A stretch of 52,890 bases of DNA from Oscillospiraceae bacterium. GTDB lineage: Bacteria > Bacillota > Clostridia > Oscillospirales > UBA929. Under the pieces are notes generated by a model, which did no database searches, was not told the origin of the DNA, and was given only the letters and a program-made list of their open reading frames with translations. The DNA lies in NCBI GenBank assembly GCA_031253545.1, contig JAIRWH010000036.1, positions 1 to 52,890 of the forward strand, in the 5' to 3' direction. Within the stretch, counting starts at the first letter, position 1. Every line of letters begins with the position of its first letter. Below are positions 37,543 through 47,703 of the stretch, in pieces. A program made the position numbers and the translations under genes.

Positions 37543-38942
37543 ACACCCCCCACGTTGAGTTTGCAGAGTATGGCCGGGCCGCCCATGCCCACGGACATGG
37601 GTTGTTTCTTGCCGCAAAAGCCGGAAGAAACCCATGTGAGGTCATCGGAAACGGCGGACACGGTCTTTAACATGTCAAACGCCACGCCGGAGACGGTGGT
37701 GCCGAGTATGGGGCGCGAGAGCCTGCCTTTTTTAATCTCGTAGCCCATCTCCACGCCGAACATAAACTCGCCCGTGCTGTCCGCCTGACCGTTGGACGGG
37801 TGGGAGAGCAGGTAGCCGTCTTCCACGGAGGCAATCATATCGGAAAGGGGGCTTTTGCCGGGGTGTATGCAGGTGTTGCGCATGCGTATGAGCGGCTCGT
37901 CGGAGAAGGCGAAGGCGCGGGCGTTGCCGAGCGGCTCGGCTTCGAGTTTGCAGGCGGTGTCGCGGTTATGCATATATCCCGTGAGCACGCCGTCTTTTAT
38001 CAGCTCCGCGTCGCGCGCGAGCACCCCTTCGTCGTCGGCGTAGACGGGCACGGGGCACACCTGCCCGAAGGCCGTGTGGGCAAAGTCGGTCATGGATATG
38101 AGGGGCGAAGCCACCGGGCGGCCGAGCAACCCCGCCGCCACGGAGCCGCCGAGCACGATGTCGGCCTCCACGGTGTGACCCACGGCTTCGTGGGCGAGTA
38201 TGCCGGCAAGGTCGGGCGAGAGTATGCACTCTTTCAGCCCCGCGTCAGGGCGCACGCCCCGGCTTTTTTCGGTCACGGTGTTGTAATGGAGGTCAATGGG
38301 TTCGTAAAAGGCTTCGGGGGCGGAGAAGAAGTCTTCGTACGCGCCGAGGCCGCCGATGGTGGGCGCCATAAGTTCCACGGGCTGCCCGTCTTTCTCCGCC
38401 GTCATCCATACGTATAAGTGACAGCGCGGCACAAGCGTGTGGCTGTCCGCGCCGTCGGAGGTGACGATGTGCTTTTCGGTGTCTATGGCGGAAAGGGCGA
38501 GTGTGCGGCTTTGCAGCAAGGGATATTTATTTGCGATATACGCGTCAAGGGAGAGCAAAAAGTCGAGCTTTTCCTTTTGGGTGGCGGGCGGCTTGCCGCT
38601 CGCGTGGCTGCGGCAAAGCGCGGCGCTTTCCGCGGGAGCCGCGGACGGCGGGAGCGGGAGACGGCGCGCGAGGAAGGAGGCGTTGTCGGACGCGGCGGCG
38701 GCAACCGCCCGTATGCCCTCGGCGGAGATGTCCGGCGAGGAGGCTTGCCCCCACGAGCCGCCGCAAAACGCCCCGGCGCACACGCCGCCGCTCACGGAGG
38801 CGGTGTTGCGGGTAATGTTGCCCTTCACGCAGGTAACGGCCCACTGCCGGTTTTCGTGAAGGCGCAGTAAGAAGTGCCCGGGCATGAGCCCCCGCGCGGA
38901 ACGGAGAAGCGAAAGGTCCATGCCGTCAGTCCTTTCGGTCAA
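37539..38942 (-). CDS. tldD: TldD metalloprotease
   Basis: [30 protein letters not shown]...VGMGGP. Confidence 0.92.
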   Translation of the reverse strand: MTERTDGMDLSLLRSARGLMPGHFLLRLHENRQWAVTCVKGNITRNTASVSGGVCAGAFCGGSWGQASSPDISAEGIRAVAAAASDNASFLARRLPLPPSAAPAESAALCRSHASGKPPATQKEKLDFLLSLDAYIANKYPLLQSRTLALSAIDTEKHIVTSDGADSHTLVPRCHLYVWMTAEKDGQPVELMAPTIGGLGAYEDFFSAPEAFYEPIDLHYNTVTEKSRGVRPDAGLKECILSPDLAGILAHEAVGHTVEADIVLGGSVAAGLLGRPVASPLISMTDFAHTAFGQVCPVPVYADDEGVLARDAELIKDGVLTGYMHNRDTACKLEAEPLGNARAFAFSDEPLIRMRNTCIHPGKSPLSDMIASVEDGYLLSHPSNGQADSTGEFMFGVEMGYEIKKGRLSRPILGTTVSGVAFDMLKTVSAVSDDLTWVSSGFCGKKQPMSVGMGGPAILCKLNVGGV

Positions 38943-39181
38943 TTAGTGAGGTAGAACTTCACAAGCTCTTGCAGCAGCTCGTCGCGGTCTAAGCGGCGGA
39001 TAAGCCCGCGAGCGTTTTGGTGGTTGGTGATATATGTGGGGTCTTCGCTGAGGAGGTAGCCCACTATCTGGCTGATGGGGTTGTAGCCCTTTTCCCGGAG
39101 CGCGGCATATACGAGCGAGAGGACTTCGCGCATTTCCTGCTCCCGCTCCCGCGATATGGAAAACCGTCTGGTGTGGTCCAC
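38939..39181 (-). CDS. IreB/ReoM (DUF965) family phosphoprotein
   Basis: [40 protein letters not shown]. Confidence 0.93.
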   Translation of the reverse strand: MDHTRRFSISREREQEMREVLSLVYAALREKGYNPISQIVGYLLSEDPTYITNHQNARGLIRRLDRDELLQELVKFYLTN

Positions 39182-39261
39182 GGCGCGCCGCCCCCTTCGT
39201 TTCGGCATCGGGCGGCAAACCTCGCCGCGCGATGCCCGCCCGTCAGTATATTATAACCTTT

Positions 39262-41619
39262 TTACGCCCTCAGCACAATACCCAATTCCTTGTCCAGCGC
39301 GGCGAGTATGGCGGCGACGGCCGCGTCCGCGTCCGCGTCGGTGAGCGTGCGGTTTTCGGCGCGAAACATGAGCGAAAAGGCAAGGCTCTTCTTGCCTTCG
39401 GGAATACCCGCGCCCTTATATACGTCAAAGAAAACGCAGCTTTCCAATATTTGCCCGCCGTTTTGCGCGATAACGCGCTCGACATCCGCGCAGAGGGCGG
39501 CATCGTCGGCCACCAGCGCAAGGTCGCGCAGCAGCGCGGGGTAGCGCGGGGTGGCGCGAAAGCGCGGCTCCGGCCGCGAGGCGGCAAGCAAGCCCTCAAA
39601 CGAAAGCTCGCACGCGCACACGCCTTCGGCCACCTCGCGGCGCAGCTGACCCAATGTGCCGATATGGCGCTCTCCGGCGTACACGTCGGCGCAGCGTCCG
39701 GGGTGAAAGGCGTAATGGGCGCTCTGCGGCTCAAAGCGCGCGTCTTGCGCGTTGAACGCCGAAAGCAGCGCCTCCGTGTGGCCTTTGAGGCAATAGAAGT
39801 CGTAGTCCTTGCCGTAGCCGCCGAACACGGCGGTCTCCCGTTCGGCGGGCAGGGCGTCGTCGCGCGGGTGATATGTCACGGCAAGCTCGTAGAGCAGGGC
39901 GCGCTCGTTGCGCAGGTCGCGGTTACGCCGCAACGAGCGCAAAAGCGAGGGCAGCGCCGTGGTGCGCATGAGTGACGTTTCCTCGCCCATCGGGTTGGAG
40001 ATACGCAAGGCGCGGCGGAGCGGGTGGTCGGGCGGCATTGCGAGCGCGTCGAGGTCGCCATGCCCGGCGAAGGAATATGTGAGCATTTCCGAATAGCCCG
40101 CCGCCCTGAGCAGCGCGCCCGCGCGGGCGCGCGACGCTTGCAGGGGCGTGATTGCGCCGGAAACCCTTGGGGCGGGCAGCGCGGAGGGTATGTTTTCGTA
40201 GCCGTACAGGCGAGCCACTTCCTCGGAAAGGTCCTCCCATATACGCAGGTCGGAGCGGTGGGAGGGTATGGCGGCTTCGCCGCCTTGCACCTCGCAGCCT
40301 ATCGCCGTAAGGCAACGCGCCATGTCCGCGTCGGGAATATCCGTGCCCAAGCGGGCGTTGATTGCCGCGCAGTCAAACGCCACGCTCACCTTTTCACGCC
40401 GCACGGGCCACACGTCCGTCTCGCGCGCGTCGGGTTCGCCCGCCCCGAGCAGGGCGATAAGCTCACAGGCGCGGGCATCCGCCTCGGAGGTCATGCGAGC
40501 GTCTAAACCCTTCTCAAAACGCGAGGAAGCGTCTGTGCGCATATTGAGCGCAAGAGCCGTGGAGCGGACGCTTGACCCCCGGAAACAGGCGGCTTCCAGC
40601 AATATGGTCTTCGTGGCTTCGGTAATCTCGCTGCCCTCGCCGCCCATCACGCCCGCCACGGCCACGGGGGAGGTATCGTCGGCTATGACGAGCATATCCT
40701 CCGTGAGCAGGCGCGTTTGGCCGTCCAACGTGCGCAGCGCCTCCCCGGCCTTCGCGCGGCGCACGACCACGCGCCCGCCGGAGAGCAGCGGGTAATCGAA
40801 GGCGTGGAGCGGCTGACCATATTCGAGCATCACGAAGTTTGTCACGTCCACGATGTTTGATATGGGGCGTTGCCCCGCCGTGCGCAGCAGGCGGCGCAAC
40901 CAGCGGGGCGAGGGCGCGACCTTGACGTCGCGCACAAGGCGGGCGGTATACCGCTCGCACAGGTCGGGCGCTTCTATGGTCACAAGCGCCCCGGGCGCGC
41001 TTTCGGGGGCCGGCGGCGGGCACGGCAGACGCAGCGGCAAGCCGAACACGGCCGCGCTCTCACGGGCAAGCCCCCGCACAGACAGGCAGTCGGGGCGGTT
41101 ATTGGTAATCTCAAACTCCACCCGCGTGTCGGAGAGCTCCAGCGCGTCTTGTATGGGTTCGCCCGGCGTCATGGCGCGACCCTCCGGGTCTATGAGCAGT
41201 ATGCCGTCGGGGTCGGCGGTCGGTTCGTCGTGGGCGGTGAGGTCAAGCTCGGCAATCGAGCAGAGCATGCCGTCGGACAATACGCCGCGCAGTTTGCCCG
41301 CCTTTATGGTTTTGCCGCCGGGAAGCACAGAGCCGTGCATGGCCACGGGCACCCACGCGCCCGGCACAACATTGACGGCGGCGGTGACGACCTGCGTGGG
41401 TTCGCCCCGCCCCGTGTCCACGCGCGCGATAAACAGCCTGTCGGCGTTGGGGTGGGTCTCCACGCTTATAACCTTCCCCACGAGCACGTTCTCTATGGAT
41501 TCGTCCATGCGTTGTACGGACTCGACCTTGGAGCCGCTCATGGTCATGGCGGCGGCGTATTCGCGCGCGGAGCAGGGCGGAGCCACGAAACGGGAAAGCC
41601 AGTTCATAGACAGCTTCAT
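39262..41619 (-). CDS. pheT: Phenylalanine-tRNA ligase beta subunit
   Basis: HPNADRL, NRPDCLS, GQPLHAFD, AGVMGG, RFEKG, FDVYKG..KSLAF..RTLTD. Confidence 0.98.
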   Translation of the reverse strand: MKLSMNWLSRFVAPPCSAREYAAAMTMSGSKVESVQRMDESIENVLVGKVISVETHPNADRLFIARVDTGRGEPTQVVTAAVNVVPGAWVPVAMHGSVLPGGKTIKAGKLRGVLSDGMLCSIAELDLTAHDEPTADPDGILLIDPEGRAMTPGEPIQDALELSDTRVEFEITNNRPDCLSVRGLARESAAVFGLPLRLPCPPPAPESAPGALVTIEAPDLCERYTARLVRDVKVAPSPRWLRRLLRTAGQRPISNIVDVTNFVMLEYGQPLHAFDYPLLSGGRVVVRRAKAGEALRTLDGQTRLLTEDMLVIADDTSPVAVAGVMGGEGSEITEATKTILLEAACFRGSSVRSTALALNMRTDASSRFEKGLDARMTSEADARACELIALLGAGEPDARETDVWPVRREKVSVAFDCAAINARLGTDIPDADMARCLTAIGCEVQGGEAAIPSHRSDLRIWEDLSEEVARLYGYENIPSALPAPRVSGAITPLQASRARAGALLRAAGYSEMLTYSFAGHGDLDALAMPPDHPLRRALRISNPMGEETSLMRTTALPSLLRSLRRNRDLRNERALLYELAVTYHPRDDALPAERETAVFGGYGKDYDFYCLKGHTEALLSAFNAQDARFEPQSAHYAFHPGRCADVYAGERHIGTLGQLRREVAEGVCACELSFEGLLAASRPEPRFRATPRYPALLRDLALVADDAALCADVERVIAQNGGQILESCVFFDVYKGAGIPEGKKSLAFSLMFRAENRTLTDADADAAVAAILAALDKELGIVLRA

Positions 41620-42656
41620 GGCCTTGACCCTCCCATGTCGAATTGCAGCAGAAAACGCATGTCGTTTTCAAAGAGCAAACGCATATCGGGTATCTCAAAG
41701 CGCATCATGGTCAGCCGCTCCAAACCCACGCCAAAGGCGAAGCCGGAATAGCGCTGCGGGTCTATGCCGCAAACGCGCAGCACCCGCGGGTGCACCATGC
41801 CCGCGCCGAGCAGCTCGATGTAGCCTTCGTTGCCGCACATGCGGCACCCTTTTCCCCCGCAGGCAAAGCAGAGCAAGTCCACCTCGGCGCTCGGCTCCGT
41901 GTAGGGGAAATGGTGCGGGCGGAAACGCAGGCGCGCCCGCGGACCGAATATGCGGCGCATGAGCTCCTCCAAGGTGCCTTTAAGGTGACCCATGGTAATG
42001 CCTTCGTCCACCACAAGACCCTCGATTTGGTGAAACAGCGGCGAATGGGTGGCATCGGTCTCGTCTTTGCGGTATGTCTTGCCCGGCGATATAACGCGGA
42101 TGGGCGGCTTTTGCCGCTCCATTGTGCGTATCTGCACGGAGCTGGTCTGTGTGCGGAGTATGGTGCGGCAATCGAAATAGAAGGTGTCGCGTTCGTCGCG
42201 CGCGGGGTGGTGCTCGTCGTGGTTGAGCGCGTCGAAGCAATAGTAGGTGGTCTCCACCTCCGGCCCCTCCGCCACGGAATAGCCCATGCCGAGGAAAACC
42301 TCCTTCACCTCGTCGAGCACGATGCTCATGGGGTGCCGCCTGCCGAAACGCGGGTTTTTGCCCGGCAACGTCACGTCGAGGCGCTCGGCAAGCAGCTTTT
42401 CCTGCTCGGCCCTCGCGGTGAGCGCGGCGCTCTTTTCGGCGAAGGCGGCCTCCAGGGCGGCGCGCGCCGCATGGATAAGCGCGCCGGCGGCCGGGCGTTC
42501 ACCCTCCGGCAGCGCGCCGAGCCGGCGCGTGAAAACCGCGAGCTCGCCCTTTTTACCCAGAAAAGTCACGCGCGCGTCTTCCAACGCGCGCGGCGAATCG
42601 GCCGCGTCAATGCGCTCCTTCGCCGAGAGGCGCATGGCGTGCAGTTCTTCTTTCAT
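41616..42656 (-). CDS. pheS: Phenylalanine-tRNA ligase alpha subunit
   Basis: HPAR..DTFY, LRTQTS, DATHSP.FHQIEG, FPYTEPS, GFAFGVGLERL. Confidence 0.98.
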   Translation of the reverse strand: MKEELHAMRLSAKERIDAADSPRALEDARVTFLGKKGELAVFTRRLGALPEGERPAAGALIHAARAALEAAFAEKSAALTARAEQEKLLAERLDVTLPGKNPRFGRRHPMSIVLDEVKEVFLGMGYSVAEGPEVETTYYCFDALNHDEHHPARDERDTFYFDCRTILRTQTSSVQIRTMERQKPPIRVISPGKTYRKDETDATHSPLFHQIEGLVVDEGITMGHLKGTLEELMRRIFGPRARLRFRPHHFPYTEPSAEVDLLCFACGGKGCRMCGNEGYIELLGAGMVHPRVLRVCGIDPQRYSGFAFGVGLERLTMMRFEIPDMRLLFENDMRFLLQFDMGGSRP

Positions 42657-42914
42657 ACATCTTCCTTCTCGCGTAAAGTTTTGCCGTTTCGGAAATGAAC
42701 GGCGGGGGAGAGGCGTATTCCCGTCCGAATCGCAACTGTTTGCTGCCCGGGTAATAGTATATATCCGCGTATGGGGTTATGTCAAGCGCGCGGAGAGCCG
42801 AGACGCGGCCGGAAGGGGCGCGCGCGACCGCAATAAAACAAACCGCCTTGCCGCAAAAGCGGTATTAACGCGAAGATAATGCCCGGCATAGCCCAAGCAC
42901 TCGGAAAAGAAGAA

Positions 42915-44117
42915 TTATTCGCCATGCGGTATCGCCCCGGCGCGCATGAAGGCCGCCAGTACCGCCGCGGCCGACAGCGAGAGCCCCGCGCCGAACAGAA
43001 ACGGCGCCCGTTCACCGAAAGCGCCCCACAGCAGCCCCGCGAACACGCTCGCCGGCAGCAGGGCGAGACCCGTAATGGTGGAGTGCAAACCAAGCATAGC
43101 GCCTTTAAGCTCCGGCGGCGATGCCTCCGCCACAAAGGCGCGCTCCACCCCCGTAATCATGGCCGTGTAAACCCCATACAGCACGAACACCGCCGCCATG
43201 AAAAGGCGGTCGCCGGCAAAAGCGAAGCCGATGTAACACAAACCGAACGCGATATATCCCGGCACAAGCAGGTTTTTCCGCCCCACTCTGTCCGACAGCT
43301 TGCCGAGCGGCAGCGACAGCGCCCCCGCCGCGGCGCTGTATACGAAGTAGAGCAGAATCACGTTCACGTCGTCAAAGCCAGCCGCCTTGGCCCGCAACAG
43401 GATAAACGCGTTTGAGGAGTTACCCAGCGTGAATATGAACACGACAAGCAGATACAGTTTCAGGCGGTTATCAATCTTGCCCGCGCTCACCCAAAACCCC
43501 TCGCGCCTTTCCCGCCTCACGGGCGTGTTGCCGCGCCTGACAAAGGCAAACATCAGCAGACCGAGCGCGGCGGGGATTATGGAAAGCGCGAACAGCCGCT
43601 TGTAGTCAAAGCCGCCGCCGTGCGAACGCAGCAAAAAATATGTGGCCAATATGCCGAGCGCCGTGCCGAGCATATCCAAGGCTTTGTGCAGCCCAAACGC
43701 CCCGCCCAGAGCCCCGCCGCCCGCGCTCTCGCTCACGAGCACGTCGCGCGGCGCGGTGCGTATGCCTTTGCCCGCCCTGTCAATAATCCGTGCGGCCAAT
43801 ATGCCGAACCACGAAGAGGCGAAGAGCAGCGCCGCCTTGTATATGAGACCCGCGGCGTAGCCCGAAAACGCAAGCGCTTTCTTCTTTTGCGTCCTGTCCG
43901 ACACATAACCGCTGCACACTTTGAGCAAACTCGCAAGGCTTTCCGCCACGCCCTCAATCACTCCGACCAACGCCGGGGTGCCGCCGAACGATGAGATTAA
44001 GTACAGCGGGATGAGCGGATACACCATTTCCGTGCTTATATCCGTGAAGAAGCTGATAAGACCCAAGAAGAATATATTGCGTAATCCGCCCTTTGCCGCG
44101 CGCGTTTTCCCGCTCAC
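42915..44117 (-). CDS. MFS transporter
   Basis: GYVSDR, DRAGKGIRTAPRD, GKLSDRVGRK, about 12 TM segments. Start uncertain. Confidence 0.9.
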   Translation of the reverse strand: MSGKTRAAKGGLRNIFFLGLISFFTDISTEMVYPLIPLYLISSFGGTPALVGVIEGVAESLASLLKVCSGYVSDRTQKKKALAFSGYAAGLIYKAALLFASSWFGILAARIIDRAGKGIRTAPRDVLVSESAGGGALGGAFGLHKALDMLGTALGILATYFLLRSHGGGFDYKRLFALSIIPAALGLLMFAFVRRGNTPVRRERREGFWVSAGKIDNRLKLYLLVVFIFTLGNSSNAFILLRAKAAGFDDVNVILLYFVYSAAAGALSLPLGKLSDRVGRKNLLVPGYIAFGLCYIGFAFAGDRLFMAAVFVLYGVYTAMITGVERAFVAEASPPELKGAMLGLHSTITGLALLPASVFAGLLWGAFGERAPFLFGAGLSLSAAAVLAAFMRAGAIPHGE

Positions 44118-44590
44118 AAACGCTCTATGCGGCAATCGAACGCGCCGCGCTCAATCGTCACCACACCGTATGTGGCGCTTTGGTTTGCGCCGTGCCGCTC
44201 CATTTGCCCCGGGCACATAACCCGGAGCTTGCCCGCGCTTTGCAGGAGGGGGATATGCGTGTGGCCGTACAGCGCAAGGTCGGCGCCATTTTTTCTCGCG
44301 CAAGATATCAAGCCGTCGAGAGAGCTCTTCACACCGTGGATATGCCCGTGGGTCATGTAGATTGTAACGCCGTCAAGCGTCACGGTCAGCTCCGCCGTCT
44401 TCCCCGGCGCAAAATCGCAGTTGCCGCTCACCATGTAAAAAGCCGTGTCCGGCATAACGGCTTTCAGCCTGTGCGCGTCGGCGATATGGTCGCCCAAATG
44501 CGCCACGGCATCGGGCTTTTCACGCTCGGCCGCGCGCGACATCAGATTGATGCGATTGTGGGAATCGGAAAGCACTAGCAGCTTCAGCAT
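44114..44590 (-). CDS. YfcE-family metallophosphoesterase
   Basis: SDSH, HLGD, GNCD, THGH, GHTH. Confidence 0.92.
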   Translation of the reverse strand: MLKLLVLSDSHNRINLMSRAAEREKPDAVAHLGDHIADAHRLKAVMPDTAFYMVSGNCDFAPGKTAELTVTLDGVTIYMTHGHIHGVKSSLDGLISCARKNGADLALYGHTHIPLLQSAGKLRVMCPGQMERHGANQSATYGVVTIERGAFDCRIERL

Positions 44591-44742
44591 TGCCTCACTC
44601 CCATGCGCCCCGCGAAGGGCCGCTACCGTTACTCTATCACAATCGCGAAAAAAGTCAAGCACCGTGCCGCTTTGCCGGTGGCCGCTTCGCGCTCCGCTTC
44701 AAGCCGCCGCCCGGAGCCTTACCGCCGCCGCGCGGAGCGGGG

Positions 44743-45420
44743 CTAAGCGCCGCCCGTGCCGGGGAAAACGCGCCGGGCGTATATAATCGCGGGCACGACC
44801 ATTACAAGCGGCATTACGGCAAGGGCGAAGACAAACGGCAATAACCCGCTCGGCAGAAACAGGCACACCAACGCCGAGAACGCCCCGCCGACGGTGAATA
44901 CCCTCCCGGCAAACCTGTGCGTCTTATGCCATGTATCCTCGCTTTCGAGAGTCCACCTCACCCTTATGCCGACCCAATGGTTTCGCTTGCATTTGGGCAG
45001 GATATTTCCTGCGAGGATATAGCCCAGGCTTACGCAGACCGTGATTGCCTTCATAAAGTCTATGTCCGTATCCGCCGCGTATATACTCTCCGCCCGTATG
45101 TACGACAGGCGCAGAAACCACAGCGTCAGCGCCGTGAACAAAAGCGAGACGGATATGTCCGCCCAATACAGCACCTTTAGGTTTTGCGTGCCTGTTTCCT
45201 TGTCTTTCAGCGCGGTTTTGTTAATCAAAACCCAGAATAAACCCATGAGTACGGTGATTATCGGCAACACGAGCATTTCGTATTTGCTGCCGAAGCGGTC
45301 CGCGCTGCCGTCTAAGCCGAAGTGCGCGGGGATTGTATCCGGCAATGCCGGCAACACAAGCAATGTGGCGGCCAATGGCGCAAAACCGGCGAGCCACGCG
45401 CTTAAACGTCGGTTAAACAT
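44743..45420 (-). CDS. SdpI-family immunity protein (DUF1648 + SdpI)
   Basis: LPDTIPAHF..G.ADR.GSK and GNILPK..N.WVGIR..WTL...W.KTHR. Confidence 0.9.
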   Translation of the reverse strand: MFNRRLSAWLAGFAPLAATLLVLPALPDTIPAHFGLDGSADRFGSKYEMLVLPIITVLMGLFWVLINKTALKDKETGTQNLKVLYWADISVSLLFTALTLWFLRLSYIRAESIYAADTDIDFMKAITVCVSLGYILAGNILPKCKRNHWVGIRVRWTLESEDTWHKTHRFAGRVFTVGGAFSALVCLFLPSGLLPFVFALAVMPLVMVVPAIIYARRVFPGTGGA

Positions 45421-45689
45421 TGCGTTTTCCCCTTCCGAAACTGCCCGAACCAGAGTACCATATCGTCGAATACGGTGGTGTTCAGCTCATAGTACACAAA
45501 GTTACCCCGCTTTGTCTCGTGGACTAAATCCGCATCTTTCAGTCGGCTGAGATGATAGGATATTGTGGCGCCCGTCAGACCGAACCTTGAGGCGATTTCG
45601 CCCGCCGGCAGCCTGCCGCCTTTCAGGGCCGCGAGGATTTCCCTGCGCACAGGGTCGGACAGAGCCTTGAAGCTCTCGTGGATACCCAT
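45402..45689 (-). CDS. SdpR-like ArsR autorepressor
   Basis: FKALSDPVRREIL..AGEIA..F.LTGATISYHL..YELNTTVF. Confidence 0.92.
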   Translation of the reverse strand: MGIHESFKALSDPVRREILAALKGGRLPAGEIASRFGLTGATISYHLSRLKDADLVHETKRGNFVYYELNTTVFDDMVLWFGQFRKGKTQCLTDV

Positions 45690-45706
45690 TATTTGCAGAC
45701 CCCTTA

Positions 45707-45728
45707 TATTTAGAATAATATCTAAATA
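45707..45728. promoter_or_regulatory. Probable SdpR operator
   Basis: Perfect inverted repeat TATTTAGA-N6-TCTAAATA just downstream of a minus-strand TTGACA-17-TACCCT promoter (45759-45731). Confidence 0.75.
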
Positions 45729-45835
45729 CAAGGGTACACCTTCATCCGCCTGTTGTCAACCGTGCAAACCACACATTATTCGCGGGCGCTATTGTGCGGT
45801 TTGCACAAAATATACGGGCGGCGTGTCGGAAACGG

Positions 45836-46771
45836 TTAGAACGGCACCAACTTAAACACGTCCGCGCGCTCCATCACGAGCTGCTTATTGTAGGAAAAAA
45901 ACACCGTGCCGGCGGCGGGGGCGGTAATCCGCTCCACGGAGTAGCCCTCAAGCGGGTGGATTATCTCGCACAACAGGTCGCCCTCGTTTACCTCGTGACC
46001 GACCGACACGCGGTTTTTCACCACCCCCGCGCTTGCCGTGTGTATATGCGTCATATCCTCTTCCTGCATAATGTGTGTGTGCGAACCCTTGTGCAGGCTG
46101 TGCTCTATAATGCCGCGGGCGGCGAGAAAGCGCAGCACGGCGTTTACGGCGGCTTGGGTGGAGCGTGTGCCCGTGCGTTCGGTGTAGGTCGTAAACAGCG
46201 AAAAGGCCTTGCAACCCCACACAAGCCAATTGTAGTGGAGCGTGGTGGTGTCGTAGGGGTGCGGCGTTCTGATGAGACCGTAGGGCAGACCGAAATCCGC
46301 AAGGGAATCATACGCGCCTTCCGCCGCGTCGCCGACCCTCATTATCTTGGCGTGGGGCAGAAACTCCCCCTCCAAGTAGAAACTCGTGACATGCACGCCG
46401 TATGTGTAACCCTTCACCGCGTTAAACAGCCCGTCGGCAATGCGCTGCGTGGTTTCACCCAGGTTGTAGCCGGGAAACATACGGTTGATGTCCGTGTTAT
46501 CCATTGTCCAAAACCGTTTTCCGATGTTCATGGAGTAATAATTGGCGCAGGGTATCACCGTCACGCTCCCGTCTTTTGCCATGCGGCCTTTGCCTTCAAG
46601 GCGGCGCAGGGTGTCCACCAACTGGGCGCATACGGCCATCTGCTGGATTTCCGTGCCGCGCAGCGCGCCCACCACGCAACAGGTCTTCTCCCCGCTCCCG
46701 AATGTATAGCTTGCTATGTCCATGCTCCGGCGATACGGGGATTTTATGGAATACACCACGTTTTTTATCAT
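45836..46771 (-). CDS. M14/succinylglutamate-desuccinylase-like protein with a degenerate active site
   Basis: GALRGTE replaces HGxE; NRMFPG is kept; no DxH; C-terminal biotinyl-like domain. Confidence 0.85.
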   Translation of the reverse strand: MIKNVVYSIKSPYRRSMDIASYTFGSGEKTCCVVGALRGTEIQQMAVCAQLVDTLRRLEGKGRMAKDGSVTVIPCANYYSMNIGKRFWTMDNTDINRMFPGYNLGETTQRIADGLFNAVKGYTYGVHVTSFYLEGEFLPHAKIMRVGDAAEGAYDSLADFGLPYGLIRTPHPYDTTTLHYNWLVWGCKAFSLFTTYTERTGTRSTQAAVNAVLRFLAARGIIEHSLHKGSHTHIMQEEDMTHIHTASAGVVKNRVSVGHEVNEGDLLCEIIHPLEGYSVERITAPAAGTVFFSYNKQLVMERADVFKLVPF

Positions 46772-47703
46772 TGCAAGGCCCCCATTATCCGCGCGAGCAG
46801 CGAACCGCCAAAGACCACGGGGTATTCCCGCAACGTAAAGACCAAGCCGCCGCAAGGGGCGACGGCGTTCTCCACCGTCATACCCGTCAGCGGGTCGAGC
46901 ACGCTCCCGATGACATCGCCCGCGTTCACAACGCTGTTGTGCGCCACGCGCGGGATGAAGATGCCCGCCGCGTCCGAATTGACAAAGCCCACGCTGCGGT
47001 CTTTGGATACCTCCGGGCTTCTCACCTTTCCCGCGGCTCCGCGCCACATACCAATCTCGCGTAGCAGGTTCATTATGCCCGCGAGCAACTGCTCGCAATA
47101 GCTTTCGGTAATGCGCATGCCCACGCCCATCTCCACCACAAGCGTCTTCACGCCGCACGCGTTCAGCGCGTATGCCAAGGTGGATTCGAGAACGGTGGCC
47201 GCCGCGTGTATCCATACAAGGTCCACGTTGAGCATGAGCGCATACGGGAGCAACGCCTCCTCGGACTGTTCGTTTACCCGCACCTGCGGTATCTCGCGCA
47301 GGAATATGTTGCTTGAATGTATGTCAATGCAAATATCCGCGCCCTCGATGTCTTTCACGATATCGTAGGCGGTGGATTCGGCAAGGGAGCCGGAGGCGGA
47401 GCCGGGGAATATGCGGTTCATGTCCAGATTAAACATGGGAAAGCCCCTGATGATGGAGTCAATGCCCAAAGGGTTCAGCGCCGGGTAAATGTCCACAACG
47501 CCGGAGAGGCTCTGCCGCCCGTCGGCAAGGAGCTTCGCCAACCGCGCACACACGTACTGCCCTTCCAATTCGTCGCCGTGGGTGCCCGTGACAATGCACA
47601 CGCGCTTGCCGCAGGGCTCCGCCGCGCCCTCTATGCGGTTTTTCTGTATCATAAGGTTCTCCGTGACGGGCAAGGCCGCCGAAGACACCACTTTTATCAT
47701 CAT
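46768..47703 (-). CDS. M14 metallopeptidase (AstE/AspA-like)
   Basis: GTHGDELEG, NRIFPG, DIHS, VVEMG. Confidence 0.9.
   Translation of the reverse strand: MMIKVVSSAALPVTENLMIQKNRIEGAAEPCGKRVCIVTGTHGDELEGQYVCARLAKLLADGRQSLSGVVDIYPALNPLGIDSIIRGFPMFNLDMNRIFPGSASGSLAESTAYDIVKDIEGADICIDIHSSNIFLREIPQVRVNEQSEEALLPYALMLNVDLVWIHAAATVLESTLAYALNACGVKTLVVEMGVGMRITESYCEQLLAGIMNLLREIGMWRGAAGKVRSPEVSKDRSVGFVNSDAAGIFIPRVAHNSVVNAGDVIGSVLDPLTGMTVENAVAPCGGLVFTLREYPVVFGGSLLARIMGALQ

Noticed and set aside
36250-38942. RiPP biosynthetic cluster around tldDE
   Set aside because: No precursor peptide, YcaO or other modifying enzyme nearby.
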